Source of the DNA: Gemmatimonadota bacterium
Lineage (GTDB): Bacteria; Gemmatimonadota; Gemmatimonadetes; Gemmatimonadales; GWC2-71-9
Assembly: GCA_039588295.1 (NCBI GenBank)
Contig: JBDHAB010000001.1
Coordinates: 384,001 to 448,000 of the forward strand
Length of the DNA stretch: 64,000 nucleotides
Reading direction: 5' to 3'
Positions 1 to 9,042 of the stretch are shown here, piece by piece (positions within the stretch are counted from its first letter, which is position 1; each line of letters starts with the position of its first letter). Both the position numbers and the translations under genes were made by a program. A model generated the notes under the pieces. That model had not been told where the DNA came from. It saw only the letters and a list, made by a program, of their open reading frames with translations, and did not search any database.

Positions 1-811
1 GCGTTGCGGGCGGCGGGAAGAAGAACTGTTCGGTCGTGCTGTGCAGATCGACGAATACTTGTGGGTGCCAGCGCATGAGCGCTCGGAGCATGGCACGTGT
101 GGGCTTCTGCGTGAGGGCGAGGAAGTCCCGGTTCATGTCGAACCGGTAATGGCTGTAACGGCCCCAGATACCCCAGGGTTCGTTCCACTCGTACGCAAAG
201 GGCTCGTCCGTTCCGACGGCGAGCGAGTTATACCAGACCGCAAAGCGCTCGTGGCCGTCGGGGTTGGCCGACGGATTGAGGATGACGAGGGTGTGCTGGA
301 GCATCCCGAGCGTTTGCGGTTCCTCGGAGGCCAGCAGCTGGTGCGCCACCCACATGGCGGCCTCGAAGCCACCCGGCTCGTTTCCGTGGATCGAGAACGA
401 GAGCATGACGGCGGCCGGCGTGCGGGCGGCGATGCTCGCAGCCTCCGCGGAAGTCGTGGCGCGGGGGTCGGCCAAGCGGGCGAGGTCTTCCCGAATCTCG
501 TCGAGCCGCGCGATGTTCTCCGGTGCCGAGATCAGGAGCGCACGCATCACGCGGCCTTCCTCGGTCACGCCAATGTCCTCGGTTCGGACCCGATCCCCAG
601 CGGCTGCGATCATCGCGTCGAGCACGCGCTGCTGCTCCTGGTACTGAGTGTGGCGCGCGCCGGCGCCGTATCCTAGGAGGCTGTGTGGCCGTGGGACGGC
701 GGGTCGGTATGGCCCCCGGTCGTAGAAGTCGAACGGCTCCTGCGCCGGGGCTGAACCGGCCATCGCCGCGAACACGACGGCTGCGAGGGCGAGTGTGAAA
801 CGATGGATCAT
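1..811 (-). CDS. M14 family zinc carboxypeptidase, secreted (C-terminus runs off left edge)
   Basis: Not in ORF track; manual translation from ATG 811 gives MIHRFTLALAAVVFAAMAGSAPAQEP (signal peptide) ... SFSIHGNE (HxxE) ... NPSANPDGHER ... FDMNRD ... VDLH, typical M14 motifs. Confidence 0.85.
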   Translation of the reverse strand, partial: MIHRFTLALAAVVFAAMAGSAPAQEPFDFYDRGPYRPAVPRPHSLLGYGAGARHTQYQEQQRVLDAMIAAAGDRVRTEDIGVTEEGRVMRALLISAPENIARLDEIREDLARLADPRATTSAEAASIAARTPAAVMLSFSIHGNEPGGFEAAMWVAHQLLASEEPQTLGMLQHTLVILNPSANPDGHERFAVWYNSLAVGTDEPFAYEWNEPWGIWGRYSHYRFDMNRDFLALTQKPTRAMLRALMRWHPQVFVDLHSTTEQFFFPPPAT

Positions 812-987
812 GGTTGCGCCTTGGGTCGGGAATGGGGGCAAACGTATGCGGCCGTCGTGGTTGACGCGAGACCGCGGTCCGTCTGGTCTTGGACTCAGCG
901 TTTCGGGAGGTGGATGAGGCGGAACCGCGTCACCGCAGCGACGTCGAGCTCGTCCCGGTGTCGGTACACACCGAGTCGCCTCGCCGC

Positions 988-1045
988 TTGACAGCTAAGA
1001 TATATCGTACGATATTACGGCCGTAACAACGCCACGATATATCTT
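988..1045 (+). promoter_or_regulatory. PadR promoter with inverted-repeat operator
   Basis: TTGACA at 988-993; perfect 12-bp inverted repeat AAGATATATCGT (997-1008) / ACGATATATCTT (1034-1045); AT-rich island just upstream of padR. Confidence 0.65.
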
Positions 1046-1070
1046 GCCGTTGAAGGAGTGAGGTGATCGC

Positions 1071-1616
1071 ATGAGAGGATCCACCTGGGGATTCGGATTC
1101 GGTCCAGGCGAGTGGTGGGGGTGGGGCGGTGGCAAAGGCGGCCGCCGCCGTCGTCGTGTGTGGTTCGAACCGGGCGACATGAAGTACGTGATTCTCAAGC
1201 TCCTCCGGGATAAGCCGATGCATGGCTACGAGGTGATGAAAGCTCTCGAAGAACGGACGCACGGATGTTACAAGCCATCTCCGGGGACGGTGTATCCCAC
1301 ATTGCAGTGGCTCGAAGATGAGGGACTCGTACTGAGTGAGGAGCGGGAGGGCAAACGCGTCTACTCGATTACCGATGACGGCCGCGCATTCCTGGTGGAG
1401 AATAAGTCAACCGTGGAAGACATCTTCGACCGCGTCGAGGAGACGATCGACAACCTACTGAGTGATCCGATGCCCGAGGTGACCCGTCTTGTCGGCAGGA
1501 TAGTGACCCAAAGCTACCGCGCTGCGTGGAAGTTGCGGGACGATCAGGAAGAACGCCGTAAGGTACGGGACATCCTTGAGCACGCCGCGAAGGACCTGGA
1601 AGCTCTAGTAGGCTAG
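1071..1616 (+). CDS. PadR family transcriptional regulator
   Basis: GDMKYVILKLL..PMHGYEVMK...YKPSPGTVYPTLQWLEDEG winged helix; Gly-rich N-terminus; RBS GAGGTG. Confidence 0.92.
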   Translation: MRGSTWGFGFGPGEWWGWGGGKGGRRRRRVWFEPGDMKYVILKLLRDKPMHGYEVMKALEERTHGCYKPSPGTVYPTLQWLEDEGLVLSEEREGKRVYSITDDGRAFLVENKSTVEDIFDRVEETIDNLLSDPMPEVTRLVGRIVTQSYRAAWKLRDDQEERRKVRDILEHAAKDLEALVG

Positions 1617-1696
1617 CGACGTTATCGTCGCCACGACATGCCCCAAACGGGTAACGGTGCCGTTCGCACCGCCACCCACCCGTCTTGCGAGCTGCG

Positions 1697-1873
1697 TCAG
1701 TCAGCCTCGCCGTCGCTCTCCGCTCGCTTGGATCTCCCGGCGCTGCGCAGCGCACGTCTCAGCAAGAACTCCATCTGGCCGTTCACGCTGCGCAGCTCGT
1801 CCTTTGCCCAGCGTTCGACGGCGGCATACGTCTCAGGATCGAGTCGGAGCAGGAACGCCTTTCGATCGACCAC
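1697..1873 (-). CDS. Small Arc/ribbon-helix-helix DNA-binding protein (58 aa)
   Basis: Below ORF-track cutoff; GTG start, [58 protein letters not shown]; 7 nt after SPFH stop. Confidence 0.8.
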   Translation of the reverse strand: MVDRKAFLLRLDPETYAAVERWAKDELRSVNGQMEFLLRRALRSAGRSKRAESDGEAD

Positions 1874-1880
1874 GACACGG

Positions 1881-2750
1881 CTACTGGTACAATGACCCCG
1901 TGTTCACGACCGGCTGCGTCCCGCGATCCGAGCACAAGACCACGAGCAGGTTGCTCACCATCGTCGCCCGTCGTTCCTCGTCGAGCTGAATGATGTTCTT
2001 CTGAGAGAGCTGCTCCAGGGCCATTTCAACCATGCCGACGGCGCCGTCCACAATTTTGCGCCTGGCGGCAATGATCGCGCTCGCCTGCTGGCGCTGCAGC
2101 ATCGCGTGGGCAATCTCGGGCGCATACGCCAGGTGGCTCATGCGTGCTTCGAGGACCTCGACCCCGGCCTTTTCCAGACGCTCCTGGATCTCTGTCTGAA
2201 GCTGCTCAGCGATCTGCGCGGTGTGGCTCGTGAGCGCTTCCTCATGGGTCTCGTGGGCGTCGTACGGGTACCGTGTTGCGAGCCCACGGAGTGCGGCCTC
2301 GCTCTGCACGTGGACGTACTCCTCGAAGTCATCGACCTCGAACAACGCCTCGGCGGTGTCGACCACACGCCAGACCACGACGGTAGCGATCTCGATCGGG
2401 TTGCTGTTGCAGTCGTTGACCTTGAGCTTGCCCGTCTCGAAGTTGCGCACCCGAACCGACACCTTCCGCTTCGTGTAGAAGGGGTTCGCGTACCGCAGGC
2501 CGGGCGTCTTCACCGTGCCCACGTACTTCCCGAAGAGCTGTAGTATCCGGGCCTCGTTCGGGTTGACCACGAAGAAGCCGGCCATCAAGAACGACAGCAC
2601 CGTGAACACGAAGCTGGCGGCAATGATCTGTCCCACCGACTCTGCGCGCACCGCAGTGAAGAACCAGTAGCCAACCACGAACATCCCGAAGATGAGTCCG
2701 GCGAGGGCGGTATAGCCCGACCCGACCTCACGCTGCTGTTCCTTAATCAC
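1881..2750 (-). CDS. SPFH (Band 7) domain membrane protein
   Basis: Two N-terminal TM helices; [48 protein letters not shown]. Confidence 0.92.
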   Translation of the reverse strand: MIKEQQREVGSGYTALAGLIFGMFVVGYWFFTAVRAESVGQIIAASFVFTVLSFLMAGFFVVNPNEARILQLFGKYVGTVKTPGLRYANPFYTKRKVSVRVRNFETGKLKVNDCNSNPIEIATVVVWRVVDTAEALFEVDDFEEYVHVQSEAALRGLATRYPYDAHETHEEALTSHTAQIAEQLQTEIQERLEKAGVEVLEARMSHLAYAPEIAHAMLQRQQASAIIAARRKIVDGAVGMVEMALEQLSQKNIIQLDEERRATMVSNLLVVLCSDRGTQPVVNTGSLYQ

Positions 2751-2777
2751 CGCTGCCTCCTGCGAAGAAGACTATCA

Positions 2778-2808
2778 ATATGATATCATATAGCTAGCGT
2801 TGTGTCAA
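2778..2808 (-). promoter_or_regulatory. sigma70 promoter overlapped by 14-bp palindrome
   Basis: Minus strand TTGACA (2808-2803), 17 nt spacer, TATCAT (2785-2780); perfect palindrome ATATGATATCATAT at 2778-2791 covers the -10. Confidence 0.7.
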
Positions 2809-2856
2809 GTAGCTTGGGTGAAACCGAGAGTCGGGGAGTTTGGTGAATCCATCCCG

Positions 2857-3381
2857 TCAGTCGCCGAGTACCCGGAGGTATGCCTTCCACGGTCCCACGG
2901 CGCCGCCGTATCGCTTCGCCATCACTCGCGTGATTTGTCCAAGGTGTCCGAAGTCGTGCACGACCCAGGTCGCCAGGAGTTCCCGCAGCGTGACGGATCC
3001 GAACTCGGGGTGTCGTCCTCGGCGATCGAGGTCTGCATCGGAGAGCTTCCATGCGCGAAGCGTCTCGACGCTTCGCGCGCGACGCTGGGCGAACTCGTCG
3101 AGCAGCTGGCGTGGAGATTTGTCTTCGGAATCTGCGAACTGCGCAAACCGATCGAACGGCTCGAACTGGCGGCTTTCGCCGCGCTCGAGGATGATCTGCG
3201 CGCGCGGGATCCAGTTGGTCTCTTCGCCATGAATCAGGTGCCCGACAACATCAAACGGGCTCCACGTGTCTGGTCCCTCCGTGTGGTGCCACCAACCTTC
3301 TGAGAGGCCGTCAAGCAGCACGCGCAGCACGTCAGGCGTGCGGGCGAGTATCCGAATAGTGTGGTCCAGTTCGAACGGCAT
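2857..3381 (-). CDS. DinB family protein
   Basis: Start re-assigned to MPFELD; WSPFDVVGHL..GE..NWIPR, ATWVVHD.GHLGQI His motifs. Confidence 0.85.
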   Translation of the reverse strand: MPFELDHTIRILARTPDVLRVLLDGLSEGWWHHTEGPDTWSPFDVVGHLIHGEETNWIPRAQIILERGESRQFEPFDRFAQFADSEDKSPRQLLDEFAQRRARSVETLRAWKLSDADLDRRGRHPEFGSVTLRELLATWVVHDFGHLGQITRVMAKRYGGAVGPWKAYLRVLGD

Positions 3382-3416
3382 GCGAGCCTCCGCGTCCTGA
3401 GTCTGGGGTGACGCTC

Positions 3417-3804
3417 CTAGGTGCCCGACTCTTCGAATCGCTTCAGTCGAAGACCCATCATCAGCAACACCACCCCCAAGACAACGAGCATCGGTCCGCG
3501 GCCGTTCCAACGCCATAGGTCATCCCAGTCCCGTTCCCGACGCTGGAGGTGATCGCGTGCCTGTGAGAGGCCGCGGCGCGTTCCCTGCATGTGTTGGGCG
3601 ATCCCCTGGGGGGTCCGCGATGGCAGTATCGCTGGCGACGACTTGGAGGCTGTCGAGGCTCCGAGACAGCGACGCTACGGTCGCTCGCTGTGAGTCGAGT
3701 GCGCTCTTGACTGCCAGGGTGTATCCAAGCGATCCCAACATGAAGACGAGGCCGAGACCTCTGAGCCAGCGGGAGAGAGAGGTCAACCGGGATGCCCGTA
3801 CCAT
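3417..3804 (-). pseudogene. Two-TM membrane protein interrupted by +1 frameshift at G6 tract (3608-3613)
   Basis: Removing one base joins MVRASRL..TAIAD to PQGIAQHMQG..WDDLWRWNGRGPMLVVLGVVLLMMGLRLKRFEESGT*; span is 3n+1. Confidence 0.55.
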
Positions 3805-3808
3805 ACGT

Positions 3809-5257
3809 CTAGTCGCTCTTTCCGGTCTCGGCCGTGGCCGCTTGCTGGAGGAGTTCCCAGGCGCGCTCGACGTGCCGCCGCTCGGTATAGGGCCCGCCGA
3901 TGGCCATCCGGAGCACGGTGTGATCGTGGAGCCGAGTGTGGGTGAGGAAGACGGCTCCGGATGCGTTGAGGCGGTTCATGATACGCTCGTTGACGGCGTC
4001 ACCACCGATGTGGCGGAAACAGACGAGATTGAGTGGCACGGGTGCGACGATTTCGTACTGCGGGCTCGCATTCACCCAGGAGGCGAAGTCTCGGGCGAGC
4101 GCTACGTGCCGGCGGATGTGATCGCGCAACCCATCGACGCCGTAGTGGCGAATGACGAACCACAGCTTGAGCGCCCGAAACCTCCGGCCAAGCGGAATAT
4201 GCCAGTCGCGATAATCGAACACTGCACCTGATTCCGTCGCTGTGGTTCGCAGGTACTCCGGGAGGACGCGGAGGGCTCGGATCAGTCCGGAGCGGTCGGC
4301 GACGTAGAACGCATCGCAATCGAAGTTAGTGAGCATCCACTTGTGCGGGTTGAAACAGTAGCTATCCGCCAGCTCCATGCCGTCGTGGACCCATCGATGT
4401 TCAGGGCATAGGGCCGCGCTTCCCGCGAGGGCGGCGTCGACGTGCAACCAGAGTTCATTGCCCTGACAGATCTCTCCAATCGCGCGGACCGGGTCGATGG
4501 CAGTGGACGATGTCGTACCGACGGTGGCGCACACGAGGAACGGAATGCGGCCGGCTTGGCGATCGTCGTCGATCGCGCGTTCCAGCATCTCCGGCCGCAT
4601 CGCGAATGCCTCATCCACTTCGATGCGCCGGAGGTTCTCCCGGCCGATGCCTGCAATCGCGATACTCTTTTCGACTGACGAATGTGCTTGCGTCGAAGCG
4701 TACGCGGTGAAACGCCGATCCACACCCGTCTCGTTGGTTCGGTAACTGCTGGCGCGCTCCCGAGCCGCCACTACGGCGCACAACGTGGAGGACGATGCCG
4801 TGTCTTGAATGACTCCGCCGCCGCTCCCCGAAGAGTTGAATCGTTGCGGTAGTCCGAGGAGCTCCACCAACCAGTCGAGCACATGTGTCTCGAGTTCCGT
4901 GCAGGCGGGGCTGGTGGTCCATGACATGCCTTGCACGCCGAGTCCTGAAGACACCAGGTCGCCGAGCATGGCAGGTGGGGAGGCGTTGGCGGGAAAATAG
5001 GCGAAGAAGTTGGGTGACTGCCAGTGCGTAATGCCTGGTATGACAATCTCGTCCAGGTCTCGCAGAATTGCGTCGAATGGCTCGCCCTGCACCGGCGGCG
5101 TCGCGGGAAGTCGGGCGCGAATCTCTCCCGGTTCGGCTTGGGAGAGGACTGGGAACCGCTCGAGTTCCTCAAGGTATCGTGCGACCCAATCGACTGTCTG
5201 GTAGCCTGCCCGTCGGAACGCTGCGGCCGTCATGTGTCGGTGTGATGGCTCGGACAT
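3809..5257 (-). CDS. Aromatic L-amino acid decarboxylase (PLP-dependent group II)
   Basis: PGITHWQSPNFFAYFP, SPACTELE, WLHVDAA, FNPHKW (PLP lysine), IPLGRRFRALKLW. Confidence 0.92.
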   Translation of the reverse strand: MSEPSHRHMTAAAFRRAGYQTVDWVARYLEELERFPVLSQAEPGEIRARLPATPPVQGEPFDAILRDLDEIVIPGITHWQSPNFFAYFPANASPPAMLGDLVSSGLGVQGMSWTTSPACTELETHVLDWLVELLGLPQRFNSSGSGGGVIQDTASSSTLCAVVAARERASSYRTNETGVDRRFTAYASTQAHSSVEKSIAIAGIGRENLRRIEVDEAFAMRPEMLERAIDDDRQAGRIPFLVCATVGTTSSTAIDPVRAIGEICQGNELWLHVDAALAGSAALCPEHRWVHDGMELADSYCFNPHKWMLTNFDCDAFYVADRSGLIRALRVLPEYLRTTATESGAVFDYRDWHIPLGRRFRALKLWFVIRHYGVDGLRDHIRRHVALARDFASWVNASPQYEIVAPVPLNLVCFRHIGGDAVNERIMNRLNASGAVFLTHTRLHDHTVLRMAIGGPYTERRHVERAWELLQQAATAETGKSD

Positions 5258-5258
5258 C

Positions 5259-6209
5259 TCACCGCTCCTGTTCCGTGGATTGGGACCCGTCGCAGAAGGT
5301 GACGAGGGCCGACATCACCTCACGCTGCTCGCTGCTTCCCGCGGGGCGGTTCAGGAGCACTCCGTTCACGACGAGGGCAGACGATCCGCCGCCGTCCAGA
5401 TTGAGCGCTTGTACGGCACCCAGGTCCTGCAGGATGGTTGCGAGCTCCTCGAGATCGACACCGCGACTCTGCGGTTGTCGGCCATCGACCACCACGATGA
5501 GGAGTGCCCCGTCGCCGGTGATGCCTACGGCAGTTCGTGGATGGACCCTGGGAATCGAACTGCCGAAGAACACCTCCTCGTCGACGGTCACGCGAGGCCG
5601 TCCATCGACCACCAACATGGGACCAGCCGCGACGGCGTCCCGAACGTCCCATCGACGGGCTCGTTGTCGAGGTGGGAGGCTCGAGGGCACGCCCGGGCGG
5701 TGTGCTGGCGGCGTTCGCCAGGCGAGAACCGTGTCGTTATGCGTCGAGGCCCACGTGATTTCGATCTCATCATGCTCTGTGAAGCCGATCGCGGCCCGCG
5801 CAGTCTCGTATCGGAGCGAGTCTCGTGTCACCGTTCGCGTCGCCGCCGCTCGAAGCTGACCGGCCGTCAACAGCAAACCGGCATGGATGGCGGGCGTTCG
5901 GCTCATGTTGAAGTAGCCGGCATTGACAGCCACGCATGCATCATGGTCCGCGGCAAAGCTGGTCACGGTCTCGCGGTTGTCTGCAATGTCGTCGGACATC
6001 AGCACCCGAGTGACGATCGATGGATCACGTTCGTCGACGCGGACATACCAGGCTCGAAGTGGCAGCGCACTGTTTAAGCCGGCGTAGACCCGGACACCCG
6101 GTGGGAGGGCGTTGTTGACCGCCGTCATGGGTTCCCAGGAAATCGGGATCGGGCCCGGGTCCGATCCGGTGCACGAGCTTCCGGCCAGGAGGCTCAGGAT
6201 GGACAGCAC
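5259..6209 (-). CDS. Phosphodiester glycosidase (NAGPA-like) family protein
   Basis: VNAGYF, GPMLV.DG, HPRTAVG, VVVDGR, ALNLDGGGSS. Confidence 0.85.
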   Translation of the reverse strand: MLSILSLLAGSSCTGSDPGPIPISWEPMTAVNNALPPGVRVYAGLNSALPLRAWYVRVDERDPSIVTRVLMSDDIADNRETVTSFAADHDACVAVNAGYFNMSRTPAIHAGLLLTAGQLRAAATRTVTRDSLRYETARAAIGFTEHDEIEITWASTHNDTVLAWRTPPAHRPGVPSSLPPRQRARRWDVRDAVAAGPMLVVDGRPRVTVDEEVFFGSSIPRVHPRTAVGITGDGALLIVVVDGRQPQSRGVDLEELATILQDLGAVQALNLDGGGSSALVVNGVLLNRPAGSSEQREVMSALVTFCDGSQSTEQER

Positions 6210-6245
6210 GGCGGTCCGGCGTGTCGCTGGAATGGGCAGGGTCTC

Positions 6246-6881
6246 CTACGTCGCGGGTTTACGCCCGACCACTTGCACGACAGCGCTCCTGCCGTGATGC
6301 AGCCGGCCTTCGACCACGTCCCGATCGACCTCCCGTGCCACGACGAGATCGAGTCCTACGAGCTCCTCGCGGAGCTCGGTCAGCGACACCAGTAGCTCTC
6401 GGATGGGCGGTCCACCCGTGCCGTAGTCGAGCTGGCGAGGTAAATAGGCTTCGAGAATCAACGCTCCGCCGGGCCGGAGGCCGGCTGCCGCAGCTTTGTG
6501 TAAACGCGTGCGGATGTCGGGGAGTAGATGGCAGAATATGGAAACAATGCCGTCCCGCGAGTCCGGCTCGATAACATAGTCCGACAGATCGGTGACTTCT
6601 GTGGTGATGGACAGGCCGGCCGCTGCCGCGAGACGGCTGGCTTTCTCGAGGCCAACCCTCGAAGCATCGACGGCATGCACCTGGTGCCCTTTCCGTGCAA
6701 GGTACACCGCGTTACGTCCCTCGCCCTCCCCGAGGCTCAGGACGCGACCCCCGGGAATGTGGTGAGCCACGGCTCGCAGGAACGCGTTCGGAGTGGTGCC
6801 GTATGCGTACCCCGGCTTGGAGTACCGAGCATCCCACACATCTGACGAGCTCGTCACGATCTGCTGAACACCATGGTGCAC
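6246..6881 (-). CDS. Class I SAM-dependent methyltransferase (TehB-like)
   Basis: WDARY..YAYG..PN.FL, VLSLGEGEGRNA; exact start uncertain. Confidence 0.85.
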   Translation of the reverse strand: MHHGVQQIVTSSSDVWDARYSKPGYAYGTTPNAFLRAVAHHIPGGRVLSLGEGEGRNAVYLARKGHQVHAVDASRVGLEKASRLAAAAGLSITTEVTDLSDYVIEPDSRDGIVSIFCHLLPDIRTRLHKAAAAGLRPGGALILEAYLPRQLDYGTGGPPIRELLVSLTELREELVGLDLVVAREVDRDVVEGRLHHGRSAVVQVVGRKPAT

Positions 6882-7535
6882 CTATTCCGCCCGGAAACCT
6901 TCGTCGGCGTGCGATCCGTCGCAGAACGGTTTGTTGTACGAGAACCCACAGCGGCACAGCGCCGCCTTGTTGTTGCGTGACTTGGGAACGCCGAGCCCGT
7001 CTACAATTCTGAAGTTTCCGCGAAGGAGCAGCGGCCCGTCGGGCTGGACGGTGATCGTGACCTCTCCCCCTGACTCGCCTTCGTCGTCCTTGGTCCCGCC
7101 CTGAAGGGTCCCGTCGTCGCGAAAGCCAGCGTCTGCGTGTCGGCCGTCACAGAGTGGCTTGTTGTGCGAGGCACCGCAGCGGCACAGTGCTACCCTGACG
7201 TCGCGGAGCAGCTCCTCGTCGCCAGGGCGCCGGATCGTGATGTTGCCGTTCACATAGAGTGGACCGTCCGGGCAGACCGTTACCGTGTTGTCGGTCGGCG
7301 ACGCTTCCGCGGCACCGCCGTCCAGCCGCTGGGCGCTCAGCGCGCCGGTTGGGCACCTTGTGACAACGCGTGCTACCTCGTCCGGCGAGCCGCGACTGAC
7401 ATCAATCCACGGACGCCGATCGGGGTCGAAGACCTCCGGCAAGCCGTGCACGCATTCGGCAGCGTGAATGCAGCGTGCGGTATCGTAGGTGACGCGAAGT
7501 TGCTCGGTCTCGTATGTGCGCTTGCTGCTCTTCAT
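6882..7535 (-). CDS. Divergent 4Fe-4S (Fer4_19) domain fused to two CDGSH Fe-S domains
   Basis: CIHAAEC..LPEVF...CPTGAL; CRCG.S.NKPLCDGRH and CRCG.S.NKPFCDGSH; start re-assigned to MKSSK. Confidence 0.88.
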   Translation of the reverse strand: MKSSKRTYETEQLRVTYDTARCIHAAECVHGLPEVFDPDRRPWIDVSRGSPDEVARVVTRCPTGALSAQRLDGGAAEASPTDNTVTVCPDGPLYVNGNITIRRPGDEELLRDVRVALCRCGASHNKPLCDGRHADAGFRDDGTLQGGTKDDEGESGGEVTITVQPDGPLLLRGNFRIVDGLGVPKSRNNKAALCRCGFSYNKPFCDGSHADEGFRAE

Positions 7536-7575
7536 GATCCGTGCTTCCCGCTCTGGTCTGCGATATGGTCGGCTG

Positions 7576-8088
7576 CTACGCCGATCCCGTACTCCCCAGG
7601 CCGCCAACGCGGTCGGTCGACTGACCAACCGCACCAGCAGTCCACGGCAACGCCACGAACCTGCTGAGCACGGCTTGGGCAACGCGCTCGTTGTGTTCCA
7701 CGTGGACCGTGCGCGGTGAGTCATTCTTCACCATGACCAACCATTCGTCGGGGTAGTCCGGGTCGATAGTCCCAGGGGCGTTGGGAAGCACCAGGCCGCG
7801 TTGGAAGGCCATGGAGGAGCGAATCCGGACTTGTGCCTCATAGCCCTTGGGGACGCGAGCCTTGAATCCTGTTGGAATGAGAGCAACGTCCCCCGGTTCG
7901 AGCAGGAGCCGATCGTCGGTCACCGGTACCTCCGTTCGCTTTCCACTGACACCGCGTATCACGGTGACGTGGCGGCCCCGCAAGTATGCTCGAAGGTCGT
8001 ATCCGGCAGAGCCGTCAGTCTCCCTTCTAGGTGGCAACACGTCTGCGTGCAACGGATCGAAGACGATGTTCGGGGTCGCGTCTGCCAT
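7576..8088 (-). CDS. dut: dUTP diphosphatase
   Basis: GSAGYDL, RSS, NAPGTIDPDY, RVAQ, RVGGLGSTG motifs. Confidence 0.92.
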   Translation of the reverse strand: MADATPNIVFDPLHADVLPPRRETDGSAGYDLRAYLRGRHVTVIRGVSGKRTEVPVTDDRLLLEPGDVALIPTGFKARVPKGYEAQVRIRSSMAFQRGLVLPNAPGTIDPDYPDEWLVMVKNDSPRTVHVEHNERVAQAVLSRFVALPWTAGAVGQSTDRVGGLGSTGSA

Positions 8089-8142
8089 CGGGCTCCCTGC
8101 GGGTGGGACCGAATTATAGTCAATCACACGTTGATCGCTCGA

Positions 8143-8466
8143 TTACGGCGAGCGCGGGCGCCAACGATGGCGCTCAAGGTCCAGGCGGCCATCGCTGTCA
8201 AACTGTATGCCCTCGGCTTCGAGCAGAACCCGCTGCAGTTTGTCGTAGCCAGGCTGTGATCTGGGGCTCACTCGTCCCCGAGCGTTGACCACGCGGTGCC
8301 AGGGAACGGCCGCGTCGTCCTCAAGTGCGTTCAACGCATAACCGACCTGACGAGCGTGCCCGGATAACCCCGCGAGGGTTGCAACCTGTCCGTAGGTTGC
8401 GATGCGACCTCGTGGAATGCGGCGGACGACCGCGTAGATCCGTTCGTACGTCGAGCGTGTAGGCAA
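8143..8466 (-). CDS. Alkyltransferase-like (ATL/MGMT family) protein
   Basis: IPRGRIATYGQVA, ARQVGYAL, PWHRVVN (Trp in place of catalytic Cys). Confidence 0.88.
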   Translation of the reverse strand: MPTRSTYERIYAVVRRIPRGRIATYGQVATLAGLSGHARQVGYALNALEDDAAVPWHRVVNARGRVSPRSQPGYDKLQRVLLEAEGIQFDSDGRLDLERHRWRPRSP

Positions 8467-8519
8467 TGCGGCGTTGGTACGATTCGATCGGCCGGGGTCG
8501 TCGAGCCGCGGTAACGGCC

Positions 8520-8918
8520 CTACCGCGTTTCGACAGGCAGCCGACTGCGACGCCAGCCCGCCATGTCCCCGTCGAGGTGCAGTACGTTGTAGCCCGCTTC
8601 CTTGAGCACGGACTCAGCGTACTCGGCACGAGGTCCCTCCTCGCAGTAGACGACAACGTGCCGGTCGCTGGGAATCTCGGTGAGACGTGCACCGACCTGC
8701 ACATGGGGGATGTTGAGTGCGGCCGGCACGTGTCCGTTGCGGTATTCTCCCGGTGCGCGGACGTCGAGGACAAGTGGAGCGGAGTCGGAGGCGAGGAGCC
8801 GAGCGAGATCCGCAGGTGCGATGACCTGGTGGGTAGTCATGGCGTCGCTGCACGCCATGAGCGCGGCGACCGATGTCACGGTAGACAACAACAACATACG
8901 AACGCGGTATCTCTGCAT
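8520..8918 (-). CDS. Rhodanese-like lipoprotein
   Basis: Lipobox LMAC; LDVR..EY..GHVPAA.NIP, YCEEG.RA, LDG.M.GW. Confidence 0.82.
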   Translation of the reverse strand: MQRYRVRMLLLSTVTSVAALMACSDAMTTHQVIAPADLARLLASDSAPLVLDVRAPGEYRNGHVPAALNIPHVQVGARLTEIPSDRHVVVYCEEGPRAEYAESVLKEAGYNVLHLDGDMAGWRRSRLPVETR

Positions 8919-9042
8919 GCTGCTACCTCTCAGAGCCACAGAATTCCGATGGCTCGGCCACCTGTGCCGGGCCGACTTCGTGGCACAAGCTAGTGGGGAT
9001 CGATCTGTCTCGGCAACGGCCGCCACGGAACACGCGGGCGAG

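Noticed and set aside
41..676. 211-aa plus-strand ORF in the track
   Set aside because: Antisense shadow of the minus-strand M14 peptidase, which has clear motifs
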